Of a DNA stretch of 64,000 bases, positions 12,609-25,912 are shown piece after piece. How positions within the stretch are numbered: the first letter of the stretch is position 1; every line of letters begins with the position of its first letter. The DNA comes from Octopus bimaculoides (taxonomy: Eukaryota), in NCBI RefSeq assembly GCF_001194135.2, contig NC_068981.1, forward strand, positions 189,149,283-189,213,282, written 5' to 3'. A model generated the notes under the pieces. That model worked only from the letters and a program-made list of their open reading frames with translations, did no database searches and had not been told where the DNA came from. A program made the position numbers and the translations under genes.

Positions 12609-14075
12609 GGTGCAAGAGGTATTTGAGGACATATTTAGTCATGTAATAAAACATGACTAATCTAGCAAAATCAAAATTTATTTGAATAAAAATTTATGCC
12701 TATATTTTTGATAAGCTTTTTTTTATAGGATTATTCTATAAATCAGTATTGAACTTCAATGACTGCTTCAATGCTGGGCCAGAATCATTGATATACCTGC
12801 ACTAAAAGGTCCTTATCCATTTAAGACATCACATGGCTGATGATAGCCTTCAGTAGTTTTAAGGTCACATGTTTGGTGTTAAATAATTGTTAAGATTATC
12901 TGACATGCATTCTTGGGTTACATGGCCTTTGTGAGAAAATGCTGAGTTTTGTCGAAACCTATATGGCCTTCTACAGCATACTTCAACCATCCAGGATTTG
13001 ACAAAACTGTCTCCAACACCTCTATACATCCAGCAGCAGTAATTCTAAGAAACTATGGTAAAATGTGAGGTAGCATAACATTAACGTTCATTACTCACCA
13101 CTCCTAAAACCATTACAGTTGCTAGAAATTTAGCCTGCATCATTCTGAGGACATTTTTTTTCTCTCTTTTGTTTCAGCTGGAGCACCGCCTTTAGTCGAG
13201 CAAGTCGACCCCATGACTTATTCTATCAGTCTCTTTTGCCGAACCACTAAGTTACAGGGATGTAAACACACCAGCATCGGTTGTCAAGCGATGTTGGGGG
13301 GACAATCACAGACACACAAATACACACACACACACACATATATATATACATATATACGATGGACTTCTTTCAGTTTCCATCTACCAAATCCACTCACAAG
13401 GCTTTGGTCGACCCAAGGCTATAGTAGAAGACACTTACTCAAGGTGCCACACAGTGGGACTGGACCCAAAACTATATGGTTGGTAAGCAAGCTACTTACC
13501 ACAGCCACTCCTACTAGAAGAATATGCAAATAACCATCTGTCATTTCTTTTGTTAGATTTTTGGTCCTGATCAAAGTTTTTCTCATTGGAGAACATGAGG
13601 ATTTCTAATCTTGTTAAGTAACCACTTGGATTTGCAGACACTGGCCTCTCCTCCGTATATACAACTTGTATGGAATATCCTTGTACACTGCTGTTCTGAT
13701 AGTCTACTGAAGTTCTTTGGCAATGGTCCTCATTGATTTATCCCAGGATCATCTGTAATGTTTTGAACCTGTTGAATAAATTGTGGTGTCCTGATTGTGT
13801 CCGAACATTCAGATTGTATCTTTCTATTTTATACAGTTGAAACAATCCCACTAGAGGTTTCCAGTTCTATCAAAACTTTGTGTAGAAAAGATCTTGCATT
13901 GTTTAGGAAGTTGGCAATTTCTAAATTGCTAGGTTCCACAAATATGACAACAATGACTACATGTCTTCACTCATTTTGTAAAGAAATGTTGCAGGGGAGC
14001 TGAAAGATATAAACTTTTAATCAGTCTGAAGAGTAATATACTGATAATTAAGTGTCCTCAAATATCCCTCACACC
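12609..14075 (-). mobile_element. Near-full-length decayed maT/DD37D mariner-like transposon, interrupted by a SINE
   Basis: Frameshifted minus-strand translation: MSEDM..NLEIANFLNNARSF..; RTIAKELQ..TIRTAVYKDIPYKLYIRRRGQ; FSNEKNFDQDQK; KFLATVMVLGVVSNE; IEVLETV; PYRFRQNSAFSHKGHVTQECMSDNL..TPNM. Degenerate TIRs at 12609-12635 (GGTGCAAGAGGTATTTGAGGACA) and 14050-14075. Confidence 0.85.
13170..13515 (-). mobile_element. SINE family A (type-1 tail) nested in the mariner relic
   Basis: SINE-A sequence splits the transposase between the first-D region (EKNFDQD) and the VMVLGVVS motif. Confidence 0.9.
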
Positions 14076-16015
14076 TTGAGTGTGTATACCCTTGTCTTGA
14101 TATCATATGATGGTTGTAGACGATAACTACAATTATACAAGTGATGTTTATTCTCAGTCTTCTGTGAAAAAGATGTCTGCCCAAAGAGATGATCTATTTC
14201 AACAAATTTGTCTGACTGATGCAAGCATGGAAAGGTGGATACTAAAATGGTGGTGGTGGTATATGTTTTTCAGTGTAAACTTGTGTCATGGTCATTTATG
14301 TTAGGAAGGGCATCTAGCTGTAGAAACTCTGCCAAATTAGATTGGAGCCTGGTGTTGCCGTCCGGTTTCACCAGTCCTCAGTCAAATCGTCCAACCCATG
14401 CTAGCATGGAAAGCGGACGTTAAACGATGATGATGATGATGATGATGTAACTTAGCAATTCAGAAAACAGAAATTCATAAAATAGGTATTCATAAGAGCT
14501 AGGTTAGTGAACGATCAATTAAGTTCTTGCTACATTCCAATGACTAAAACAAATTAAAAATAAAAGAAATATACAGGTGCATTGTAACAGAGTCTTAGCA
14601 ACCATTTAAAATGTCAGTACACTATTTCTTTCATTTTCTCCAATAATATCTCTCAATATTATATTGTATTAGGAATCGCATGTTTTGTAACAACCTGGTT
14701 ACTAACACTATTTGACTGTTACAAGTTAGTCGTTGGCTGACAGCTTACTTTACTCTTTCTTCCTTATTCACAACCACTATATCAATTCACAATATTTCAA
14801 AATTTCAATCTCCAATATTTCTTTCTAGAATGTTGTGTGTGTGTGTATGTGTGTCTCCGTGCTTGTGCGTGTGTGCACACACGCACAGTGTTGTGATCAA
14901 CAATTTTTTTTTCTTCTTTCCTGTTTAAATTTTTTTTCGTTTATGTATTCTTTTTACATTTTCATTTTGTTATTATGTCTGGTATTGGTTGAATCATTAG
15001 CTGTATTCTACATTCTGTCACACTACACTCTCAAATTCACACACAATACCAGCAGAAAAATTTTATGGTTTTGGCTGTAGTCCATGGCCTTGCTTATACA
15101 ATGCCTGCACTTCCTTTTTTATGTGTTTTTTTTTTTTTCTAAAGTGAAACTTGGCTTGGTCATTTCATGTCAAATTTTCTGATGCTTTTGTTGTTCATTA
15201 ATGGATGTTACCTACCATTTTATGACTTTCATAGTGTAAATATATACTTCTTTACAAATTATTTACTTATACAATCATATTTCAACAACTACACACCCAT
15301 ATAATTTAGTTTGTTCTTTCACATCATCATCATTTAACGTCCATTGTCCATGCTGGCATGGGTTGGACGGTTTGACCGGGCAGGCGCGCTGGAAGGCTGC
15401 ACCAGACTCCAGTCTGATTTGGCATGGTTTTCTATGGCTGGATGCCCTTCCTAATGCCAACCACTCAGAGAGTAATTGGTGCCTTTACATTCCACTGGCA
15501 TGGGTGTCATTTGCATGACACCGGGATGCTTTTACGTGCACCGGCATGGGTGCCATTTTGCAAGACACCAGTATCTGCCACAACTGTGATTTTGCTCAGC
15601 TTGATGGGTCTTCTTCTCAAGCATGATATAAAGACAAAGGTCTCAGTATTTGTCTGCATGAGGCCCAACACTCGAAAGGAACTCAGCCTTTTCACCCCCA
15701 CATGAGGCCCAATGCTTGAAAGGAACTCAGCCACTTTGCCTCTGTGAGGCCCAGCACTCAAAAGGAATTCAGCCTCTTTACCTGCATGAGGCCCAACACT
15801 TGAAAGAAACCAATGCTAGTATGGGTTGAACATTAAATGATGCCTTGTTTTACAGTCAGATGCCCTTCCTATCACTGGCCTTTACCTGTTTTTTAAGTAA
15901 ACTATCTCGTATTTCAGTCATCTTTGAAGGTGCAAAGCTAACGTATGATTTATTAACTGAAGAAATAATGCTATTACTGCTTGTAGTTTGCAATTTTCAG
16001 AGTAGCAAAAATATT

Positions 16016-16239
16016 CTTTTCTACTCTAGGCACAAGGCCTGATTTTTTTTTGGGGGGTGGGGGGGAGTCGATTAGATTGACCCCAGTACGCAACTGGTAT
16101 TTAATTTATCGACCTCAAAAGGATGAAAGGCAAAGTCGACCTTGGCGAAATTTGAACTCAGAATGTAAAGACAGATGAAATATTGCTAAGCATTTCATGC
16201 AGCGTGCTAACATTTCTGCCAGCTCACCACCTTAGAGGG
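16016..16239 (-). mobile_element. SINE family B with 11-bp TSD
   Basis: Head GGTGGTGAGCTGGCAG..TTAGCACGC and GAGTTCAAATT box on the minus strand. GCAAAAATATT is duplicated at 16005-16015 and 16240-16250. Confidence 0.9.
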
Positions 16240-16641
16240 GCAAAAATATTAACACACACACATATGCAGACATATATATACACAATTAATGGTGATAATA
16301 ATGATAATAATGGTAATGATCCTTCCCAAGTCCTATAGTTTCATAGGGCCAGTTTCCCAGCTTCTATGGTACATATATTTTCCCCTGGACAGGACACCAG
16401 TCCATCGCATGATTACTCATTTTTGCTAGTTGAGTGGACTAGAGCAACATGAATTTAAGTATATTATTCAAAAGTACAATTCCATTTGTTATGAAAATGA
16501 TGCCACACTAACAAATATATGACAAACATTGATTTACTATGACAATGGTTCAATTAGTAATTATAAGTAATTATAAATAATATGGTGCAATGGCATTAAT
16601 TGTTAACAAAGAAAAAAAATTCAAAGAAAAATCTGACTCAC

Positions 16642-16716
16642 CATATTAAAGAAAACATGATGAGTACCATCCCACAGTATATGTATTTGATATTATGACT
16701 ATATTGTATATAATAC
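16642..16716 (-). CDS. Candidate 75-nt symmetric exon encoding a hydrophobic segment ((R)YYIQYSHNIKYIYCGMVLIMFSLI(W))
   Basis: Acceptor CATTAGCTTTTATAG| and consensus donor TG|GTGAGT. Only one of three frames is open. Product not recognised. Confidence 0.35.
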
Positions 16717-17034
16717 CTATAAAAGCTAATGTTAACAACTACTAAAAGCAATTGAGTAGATGTTAAATGTCCTAATTTAGCAAGCAGTGTATTTAAAACA
16801 AACAGCAGGAGTGTATCTCAACCAAGAAGTGTTAGAGCTGCCTTACATGTGTATATTCATTGAAGAATAGATCTGCATTGTTATTACTATATACTGATAA
16901 ATTCATATCAATGGACCTTTTAAGTGTACCCTAATGATTTATACACCAAGATTTTATAATTCACCGTGTTTGTTCAGAGCATGCTAGTAAGGTATAGATG
17001 AAGGTTTACTTTTAACATAACCATTCTATAAACA

Positions 17035-17450
17035 CAAGCAAGGCTATGTGGTTGAGAAGCTTGTTTTCAGTCCCACCATACAGGATTTTTGGCAAGTGTC
17101 TTCTATGACAAACCTGGTTTGACCAAAGACTTGTGTGTGGATTTCGTAAACATGAACTGAAAGAAGCTTGCCATACCTAACGCGCATGTGTGTATGTGTG
17201 TGCGTGTGTTCGTGCGTATACTGCGTTGTCTTGATATCATGTGATGGCTGCAAACAAGCATCATCAACTCACAAGCTATGTTGGTTATTTCCAATCTTCC
17301 ATGAAAATGTGTCTGGCCTTGGGGGAAATATTGATTTGCTTGGATAAAGATATGGTTTGGCAGCTGGAGGGGTATCTGACCATAGAAAAACTGCCTCAAC
17401 AAATTCTGTTTCATCCTTGCAAGCATGGAAAAAAGTGCAGTAAAAAGTGA
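17035..17450 (+). mobile_element. SINE family A, type-2 tail (RTE-like 3' end)
   Basis: SINE-A head, microsatellite linker, then a tail ending GCAAGCATGGAAAA..GATGAT like family C. Also at 31945-32345, 38195-38610, 39000-39360 (degenerate) and 40065-40530. Confidence 0.8.
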
Positions 17451-18762
17451 TGATAATGATTGTTCTTATACTAATTAGACCTCACTTATCAAAACGAAAT
17501 CAGAGGATAGTGGTTTGTTCAGACAACTGAGTTAATTGAAAACAAAGGATGGCATGCTGGTTATAATTACAATAAAATAACCTTGTTTACAGAGTTTTTT
17601 TTATATCATTCATATTTCATGACATTCTACAAATTAAATCATATAAATAAAATCATGCCAATATTATGTAGAGAGATTTGTGGTTGAAAATTCAAAGAAG
17701 CATGAGGCAAATACAAAAATGTACAATTATATGAATGCAGAGACAGGAAGTTCATTGAGTACATCAAAGACATTAAAATCATGGAAAAAAAATTCATTGG
17801 GGTAGCAGAGGTTATTCATTGTCTTTTAAAGAAAATAACCAGTCACAGTTTCTTTAGGTGCTTGTGTCACTTGGCTTCTTGTCAGAGAGGGAGCATTTGA
17901 CAAAGATACATCATCTTAATGACATGGGCTTCATGTACTTCTTGCTACTTTATGAAAGAAACATTTGTAAAAGTCCCACAAGTTGGAGTGGTTGCTGCAG
18001 CAAATTTCACTGGTCATTCTCCATGTCAATGTTCTTGCAATCATGTCCTCATGTCCGCAGGGCACAGCTAAACACAGCATTTGCTCTGCTCCACCTTCTG
18101 CTGCTGCTTAACCCCTTCTTTCTTGTGCTTCTTAATCCCCTTGTTTTACTTTTTCTTTGTTTCCTTGTGAGGTAGTTATGGGTTTTTATCTCAATAATGT
18201 AATCTCTTATACTTTTAATGTTTCCTTTCTTTTTCTTCCTATAAAAATCATCGTCATCATCATCGTTTAATGCTTGCTTTCCATGCTGGCATGGATTGGA
18301 CAGTTTGACAGAGGACTGGCAAACCAGGCGGCTGCACCAGGCTCCAATCCGATCTGGCAATGTTTCTATAGCTAGATGCCCTTTCCTAACGCCAACTACT
18401 CCAAGAGTGTAGTAGGTGCTTCTTACATGCTACCAGCATGGGGGCCAGTTATGTGATACTGGCATCAACCATGCTCGAATGGTGCTTTTTACATGCCACC
18501 AGCATGGGAGCCAGTCAGGCAGCACTGGCATCGAGCACGCTTGAATGGTGCTTTTTATGTGCCACTGGCATGAGAAAATATATTAATAAAAACAAAGTCT
18601 TATTCAAAAAAATAATTTGTCACTTAGACATTGTAGAAATTTGATATAGACAATATTCATTGATATTTTACTGTTTTATCAACTCAATTAAGCAATGTTC
18701 AAAAGTAAAAACAAAAACAGATGGCTTCATCAATGGGGACTGAAAGAAAGAGATGCCAATAC

Positions 18763-18901
18763 CTGAGTTCCCTTAGCATCCATGTTATCCATATTTTCCC
18801 ATATTTTGACTTCCATTTTAATGCATGTGAAATGAAACTTTGGCAGATAAATTTCTTTGTTGTCGGTCTTTATATATTGGACACGAATTGCCTCTCTAAT
18901 G
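18763..18901 (-). CDS. Candidate 139-nt exon (IREAIRVQYIKTDNKEIYLPKFHFTCIKMEVKIWENMDNMDAKGTQ)
   Basis: Acceptor TTTTCAAAATTTCAATTCCAG| and donor CAG|GTATTG. Single open frame (phase 2 to 0) in non-repeat sequence. No homolog recognised. Confidence 0.3.
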
Positions 18902-21900
18902 CTGGAATTGAAATTTTGAAAACTGTGATTCCTTCTCACCACAATTCAAATACCACAAAATTCTTTCTTTTTTTTTTTTCTTTATCAATCATCAACAGTG
19001 ATTGCTTTGTAAGATTATTTAACACTATTGAAAGTGACTGACTGAGACCAAGCTAGTGGATCAATGAACAAGTAGTGTTTTTGTTCAGTACAAACAAAAG
19101 ACACAATCATTGCACCAATGGTGGTAACACCTCATTGATGTAATAATGTTTTTACATATTCTTCAGTAATTTACTTTTAATTACTATAAACAAAAGATGA
19201 AGGTAGTTACACCAGTATTTTTCTTGAATTTAGCTTACACAGACACAAATTAGTTAATTAAATATTCACAGAACCTAGAGAGTTGAGACAACTGATATTC
19301 AGACGACTGAGTCTTGACTATACTCCATAACCTGTTGTCACTAATTTGAGCTGCCTCTTCAGTGCATCTCTCAGTGAAGATTGCACAAAATACTTTAATA
19401 CGTTTCACAATATATATTATACTTCTTCTGCTCAAAATACATGGGGTACAAACAGCAGATTTGATAGATTTGGTTTTTCACACAGACATTTACGTATCTT
19501 AGTTACCATATTGATAACTGACTACTCTAATGCAGAACTAGTAGCAGAATACTGGCCATACAACATTCTTTAGGCTGTTTTTAATAATTTCTTAGTTCTT
19601 CTGGATACTTTGGTCTTATTGTGTAACTGCATATTTCATCATCATCATTTAACGTCCGTTGTCCATGCTGGCATGGGTTGGCCAGTTTGACTGGGCTGGC
19701 ATGCTGGAAAGCTGCACCAGACTCCAGTCTGATTTGGCATGGTTTCCTATGGCTGGGTGCACTCTCTAACGCCAACCACTCAGAGAGTAATGGGTGCTTT
19801 TATGTGCCACCGGTACAGGTACCAATTTGCATGACACTGGTATCTGCCACCACTGTGATTTTGCTTGGCTTGATGGGTCTTCTCAAGCATGACATAATGC
19901 TCAAGTACAACATAATGCCTCCCAGAAGCCTAACACTCAAAAGGAACTCAGCTATTTTGTCTCTGTGAGGTCCAATACTTGATAGGAACTTGACCACTTT
20001 GCTTCCCTGAGGCCCAGTGCTTGAAAGGAACTCAGCCACTTTACCTCTGTGAGGCATAAGATGCTCATAAGATGTTCTTTATGTGCCACCAGTACAGGTG
20101 TACTTGGCTTGACGGGTCCTCTCAAGAACAGCACAGCACACCACCAATGGTCTCGTTCAGTAGTCATTGCTTCTGTGAGGCTCAAAGTTCAGAGATCATG
20201 CTTCAAGTCCTCATTCCATGTCTCCCCGGGTCTACCTTTACCACAGGTTCCCTCTACAATTAGAGATCAGCACTTCTTTACACAACTGTCCTCATCTATA
20301 CACATCACATGACCATACCAGCACAGTCATCTCTTTTGAACACCCCATTTGATGCCTCTTATGCCTAACTTTTTTCTATTTGCATGTAGAAAAGGAGTTG
20401 CTTGAATTTACAAATCATGGGGTTGATACAGACACGATATATCTCTCATTACTCTTAAGCATTATATCAGTAATGTGTTGATTTTATTGCTTTAAGATAT
20501 AGCAGGGATTTTTGGTTTAGCTGCAAGTTAGCCATAGATTTCATGAAATGTAAATAGTAGCATACATGGTTTGAAATATATACCATCAAAATTTAAGGTC
20601 CATGTTCCATGCTGGCATTGGTGGGACATCCCAAAGAGTGAATGGGGCCCTAGAGTATGCTTTGACATGGTTTCTGCAGCTGGGAGTTCTTCCTAATGCC
20701 AACCAATTTGCAGCATGTGCTGGTACTGAGTGCTTTCTTTTTGTGCCACCAGCATTACTGAAGTTGCTATGCTGCTTGCAAGACTACTAATCACAAGGGA
20801 GGTGAGGAGTAACTTTATGCTCGGATATGGGGAGTAGAGGGAGGTAAAGTATTAGAGAAAAGAGCCGGAGGAACATGGGTTTCTTGCTGTAAAGGAACTA
20901 CATGATTAATCATATCTTAGAAGAAAGGGTGGGAGTGATCAGGTAAAGGTGGAAAGAGATAAGGTGGCAGGACAGACCTTCCAGGTATGAGGTGGGTTGT
21001 AATGAGAGGGGAAGTAGAGCCAGAAGTGAGTGAGAGATATAGGGGACGTCTGACTGTGGGGCAACAGGATAGAATGGCTGATAAACAGGATGAGACACAT
21101 GCCATGCTGCTAGGTAGGTTGCAGAAGTGGATGGGGAAAAGAGGGGCATGTATAGTGTATAAAAAAGGTGAGATGGATGGTGGTGGAGGAGATAATTTAG
21201 TAGTACAGTGAGGGTGGGTCATCATTGAAAGTGTGGGTGAAGCTGTTATTGACGCATCTAGAATTATGGTGAATAGTAATTTAGACTCCTGTGAGCGGTA
21301 ACAATCATGTATTGAGCATCCTGATTACCATTGTGTAGAATTATTTAGACAAGGCTATCAATATAATGAGAGTAAAATATCAAAGTATCACCTGAGACTA
21401 CAAATATGATGATGTATCTAGCAATCCTAACTTTGAATGTGTTAACTTTTTCCTGTTTGATTAGTTCAGTTTTTTATAATTTGAAGACATGATTCTTCAG
21501 TGTGATTTTGAGGCTGATAAAAACTGCTTGCGCAGTCATGATTCTTATGTTAAAACTGACAATCTGTAGTAGGCTAGATAGATTTAGTCTATCCTAACTA
21601 ATCATTTCACAGCATAAATGATGGCGGGTGGTCAGCATGGTTTTGACTTTTGCCTGATAAAACACAACTATATTCAAAATTATGTAAAATTTTCTTCCAG
21701 GAATTACCTATTTATATTTATCGCTTCCAGTACCAAGACTTACTTCAACAAAAAATAATCTATTTTCCAATAAATAGTTAGCTGTAATATTTCAATCTAG
21801 CCTTACTGTCACCATTGTTCAACTGATATTGTTTTATCAATAATGAAAAGAAAATAGGGTGGTGAATTGGTAGAATTGTTAATATCTGACAAAATGCTTT

Positions 21901-22009
21901 GTAGTATTCGTTCTGGTTTGTGACATTTTAATTTCAGATCCTGCTGAGGTGGAGTTTGTTTTCATCCTTTCACATAGAGGCCTAAGTACTTGAAAGATTT
22001 TGGTGCCCC

Positions 22010-22640
22010 CATCATCATCTTCATCATCATCATTTAACGTCCGCTTTCCATGCTAGCATGGGTTGGACGATTTGACTGAGGAATGGTGAACCAGATGGCT
22101 GCACCAGGCTCCAATCTGATCTGGTAGAGTTTCTACAGCTGGATGCCCTTCCTAATGCCAACCACTCCAAGAGTGTACTGGGTGCTTTTACGCGCCACCG
22201 GCATGAGGGCCAGTCAGGCAGTACTGGCAATGGTCACGCTCAAATTGGTGTTTTTTATGTGCCACCTGCACAAGAACCAGTCCTGCGGCACTGGCAACAA
22301 CCTCGCTCGAATGTTTTTTAACATGCCACCAGCACAAGTGCCATCGGAGCATACTGGCTTCGTTTCTTGTGAGCTTATGCATGTCCTCAGCAGTCACGGC
22401 CCATGTTTCACTGCCATGTAGCATGGCGGTTCATACACATGCATCATACAGTCTACCTTTTACTCTGAGCGAGAGGCCCTTTGTCACCAGCAGAGGTAAG
22501 AGCTCTCTGAACTTTGCCCAGGCTATTCTTATTCTAGCAGCTACACTTTCAGCACACCCTCCCCTGCTACTAACTTGGTCACCTAGATAGTGGAAGCTAT
22601 CAACAACTTCTAGTTTTTCTCCCTGGAATGTGGCAAAGGT
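22010..22640 (-). mobile_element. RTE-clade LINE fragment: post-RT ORF piece fused to its 3' UTR
   Basis: GEKLEVVDSFHYLGDQVSSRGGCAESVAARIRIAWAKFRELLPLLVTKGLSLRVKGRLYDACV, then a frameshift to MLHGSETWAVTAEDMHKLTRNEASMLRW, directly followed by the family-C UTR and (GAT)n tail. Confidence 0.92.
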
Positions 22641-24119
22641 TGTTTTCTGCACATTTTCAGTGTTTATTGCTCCTGAACATCTGCCACGTAATTCAAAATA
22701 AGCCATACAATAAATTTCCATTTCTCAAAATAAAACAAAACTAACAGTTAGATGGAAAATAATATTTATTTTTGTATACTTCCACTTTATTTGAATTTGA
22801 AAACTTTTCTCTTACATTTTTTTAAGTGCAAAGTCTTTGATTAGATCCTCCCTATGACACCATGAACACTTCAAAATTATATTTCCAATCATATAAACCA
22901 CTCCAAATATTATTTTAGCAAGTTTAAAGTGATTTTATTTTTGTGCTATAAACCATTTACCATTTCTGTCCCACCACCACTTCTTTGATGCCTTGAGTAT
23001 CTACTTATTTTGCTTAATGGTTAATCCAGCACTGCTTCCAAGATTGATAAAAAAAAAGTACCAGTCAAAGCTAGGATCAATATAATCAAATTACTCATCC
23101 CTCCAAAATTTATGGCCTTGTGCCATAAACAGTATTTGGGGGGAAAAAAAAGGTTTAGGTTAAGAAAATATGTGACCCTAATTGCGACTTCTTAGCCAGA
23201 GACGTGTTAGAAGAATTTCATGTACTTAAGAAATCTTATGAAACTCATGAAATACTAAACAGAATACTATTTGGCACTGTGTATACATTAATAACTATAA
23301 AATCAGACACATTGTAAAAGTTATGATTGATGGCATTATTAATTGGAATTTTAAAGCTGAATATTTAAAGTGACTTGTGTTTATAGATAGACTAGATTAC
23401 AACATTATGTAAACTGTAAGACTTCCTTCTTGTAAACTATTTTAGGTCTGGCTCAGTATTTTGACAATATGTCATATTCCATTGTTAGAACATTCCTCTG
23501 CACTCCACATAGTTAATTCATAGAGTTTTCATTCATTCATTTGCTGTCATTCAACTAGAGTATTAAACACTCTTATCAGGTTTTAACATGGAAACATTTA
23601 TGACATAGCTTCCCATTTTTCTGACTGCCTGTGTGATATGCTGGGTGATAAATATTCTTTATAATTCATGGACAGACACAGATATGTAGTTCAAATCACT
23701 GTATTTATAGTTCAAATCATTATTTTTATGAAGTTGAGAATGAAAGTGTAGATTGTATATATTTTATCATCAATGTTATTAGTTATACAAAACAGGGAGG
23801 GAAAAGAAGAAAACTTCAATAATAACAGTTTTTACCACTTGAAGCAAATAACTGATTTCATTCTAAATAATGTCACTTCCTCAATAAATGTTAAATGTTA
23901 CTTTTAATAATAATGTTATGACAGAAAAAATAATCATAATAAAAATTTCTAACATAAGCACAAAACCAGAAAGTTGAAAGTTGAGACAAGGTTAGTTGTT
24001 TAGTTCAATCCCCAATACTTGCCTCGTGCTTTTTGTCTAACCACCCAGTAAGGATGAAAGCAAATCAAACCTCAAAAGGATTTGAAATCAGAATGTAAAG
24101 AGTCAAAACAAATAAAATA

Positions 24120-24484
24120 TGATGATTCTTCTTTCATTTATTTCAGTCATTTGTCTGCAGCCATGCTAGAAAGAACAGTGTCTTAAAGGATTTCCATCTC
24201 AAACAAATCGATCCCAGAACTTATTTTTAAGCCTAGTACTTATTCTATTGGTCTCTTTTGTTGAACCTCTAAGTTGCGGGGACATAAACATACCAACACC
24301 AGTTGTCAAGCAGTGATGAGGGGAGNNNNNNNNNNAGACACAGATATATATATATATATATATTAGGGACAAAATCCAAAATTACAGGTAAAAACTCAAT
24401 TAAAATCAATTTATACAAAATTAAAATTAAATTGAGCTTTATAGATAAAATATATATAAAATATATATAGTTTCCCTAAAACTA

Positions 24485-24537
<53 letters not shown>

Positions 24538-24700
24538 TATACGACAGGCTTCTTTCAGTTTCTATCTACCAAATCCATTCACAAAGCTTTGGTCAGCCTG
24601 AGGCTATAGTAGAAGATACTTGCTCAAGGTACCACAGAGTCGGACTGAACCCAGAACCATGTGGTTTGGAAGCAAACTTCTTACCACACAGCCATGCCTG
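24120..24700 (-). mobile_element. SINE family A (type-1 tail) with an AT-rich ~120-bp insert in its linker; contains an N gap
   Basis: Halves at ~24120-24325 and 24540-24700. The insert 24362-24490 begins TTAGGGACAAAATCC. Confidence 0.75.
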
Positions 24701-25912
24701 CACCTCTCTTATAATTAGTTCAACATTTTAGAGAATCTCTCAATTTATCACCCAAAATTATATAAAAAGAATGATAGATGAGACAAAAGCTTGCAATATA
24801 TTAATGTGGCGAGCTAGCAGAAACATTAGCATGCCAGACGAAATGCTTAGCAGTATTTTGTCTGTCTTCCCAGGGCTATAGCAGAAGACAATCATACAAG
24901 GTACCATACAGAAGGACTGAACCCAAAGCCATGTGGTTGGGAAGCAAACCATACAGCCATGCTTGTATTATAAATGTTACACATATTTTTCATGGCTTCT
25001 GCTATTTCTATCAACTAATTTCTATTTACAAAGTATTGATCCACTAATCAAGGCTAGATTAGAGGACACTAGTTGAGCAAATAATAGCTTCAGCCAGTTT
25101 TATTGTGATTGAATAATTGTAATTTGATTCCCTCTTACTACACCTTTAATGCAGTGGGATCAAACAAAGAGTAAGAAAGTTGTAAAGCAAACATCATAGT
25201 CACACAGCCATATCTGTGCCCAAGCTGTGTCTAGAAAGAGCTGAACACGAATGGTAAGGGAACGAAATTAAATGTTACAATTGATTCATTAGTATGGTAA
25301 TTACCAAAATACAGAAGAGAACATTACCTGACACTGCATACACACAAACATCTTTCTTGTCAAACTAAGCATCTAACAACTATATTTACATGGTAGTGTA
25401 GTAAATGTGAGTGAAACCAACAACTGTGAAATCGATAAAATTAAATAATAACAAAAGATATTTCTAACGCTAGGACAAGTTCAAAATTTCAGGTAAAATT
25501 AACACTTAGATTGACACCAGTATATTACTAGTATGGATATCAATCTGGGAAGGAAGGTAAGTGAAGACAACCTTAACAGGATTTGAACTCAGAATGTAAG
25601 AGGAAGTTTAACTAAATACTTCTTTATGTTGGTACTCTACAGGTTCTATGATTCCACCAGTTTGTTTATATCAACAATAATAGTAGTAAGTGTTTCTGAT
25701 TTAGATATAAGGCAAACAAACTCAAGGGGAGGAATTAGTTAATTTCATTAATTCCAATATGTGACTGGTACTTTATCGCATTGTCCCTACAAGAATGAAA
25801 GTCAAAATTAACCTTGATGAGATATGAACTCACAATGTAAGAGGTCAGAACATAAACTTCAAGTTTTTTTTTCCAGTGCTCGAACGATGCTGACAGTCCA
25901 TTGCCCAATAAT

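Noticed and set aside
13090-13145. Apparent signal-peptide exon MMQAKFLATVMVLGV followed by GTGAGT
   Set aside because: It is the KFPATVMVLGVVSNE motif of the mariner transposase relic.
15659-15815. Repeat array superficially like CRISPR
   Set aside because: Eukaryotic context, no unique spacers, no cas genes, and the units lie within a LINE UTR.
17858-18175. 105-aa plus-strand ORF
   Set aside because: Low-complexity Leu/Phe tail from a pyrimidine-rich tract, with no recognisable domain.
21627-21665. INDGGWSAW, resembling a thrombospondin type-1 repeat start after an acceptor
   Set aside because: An in-frame stop follows within two codons, there is no good donor, and no CS..C continuation was found.
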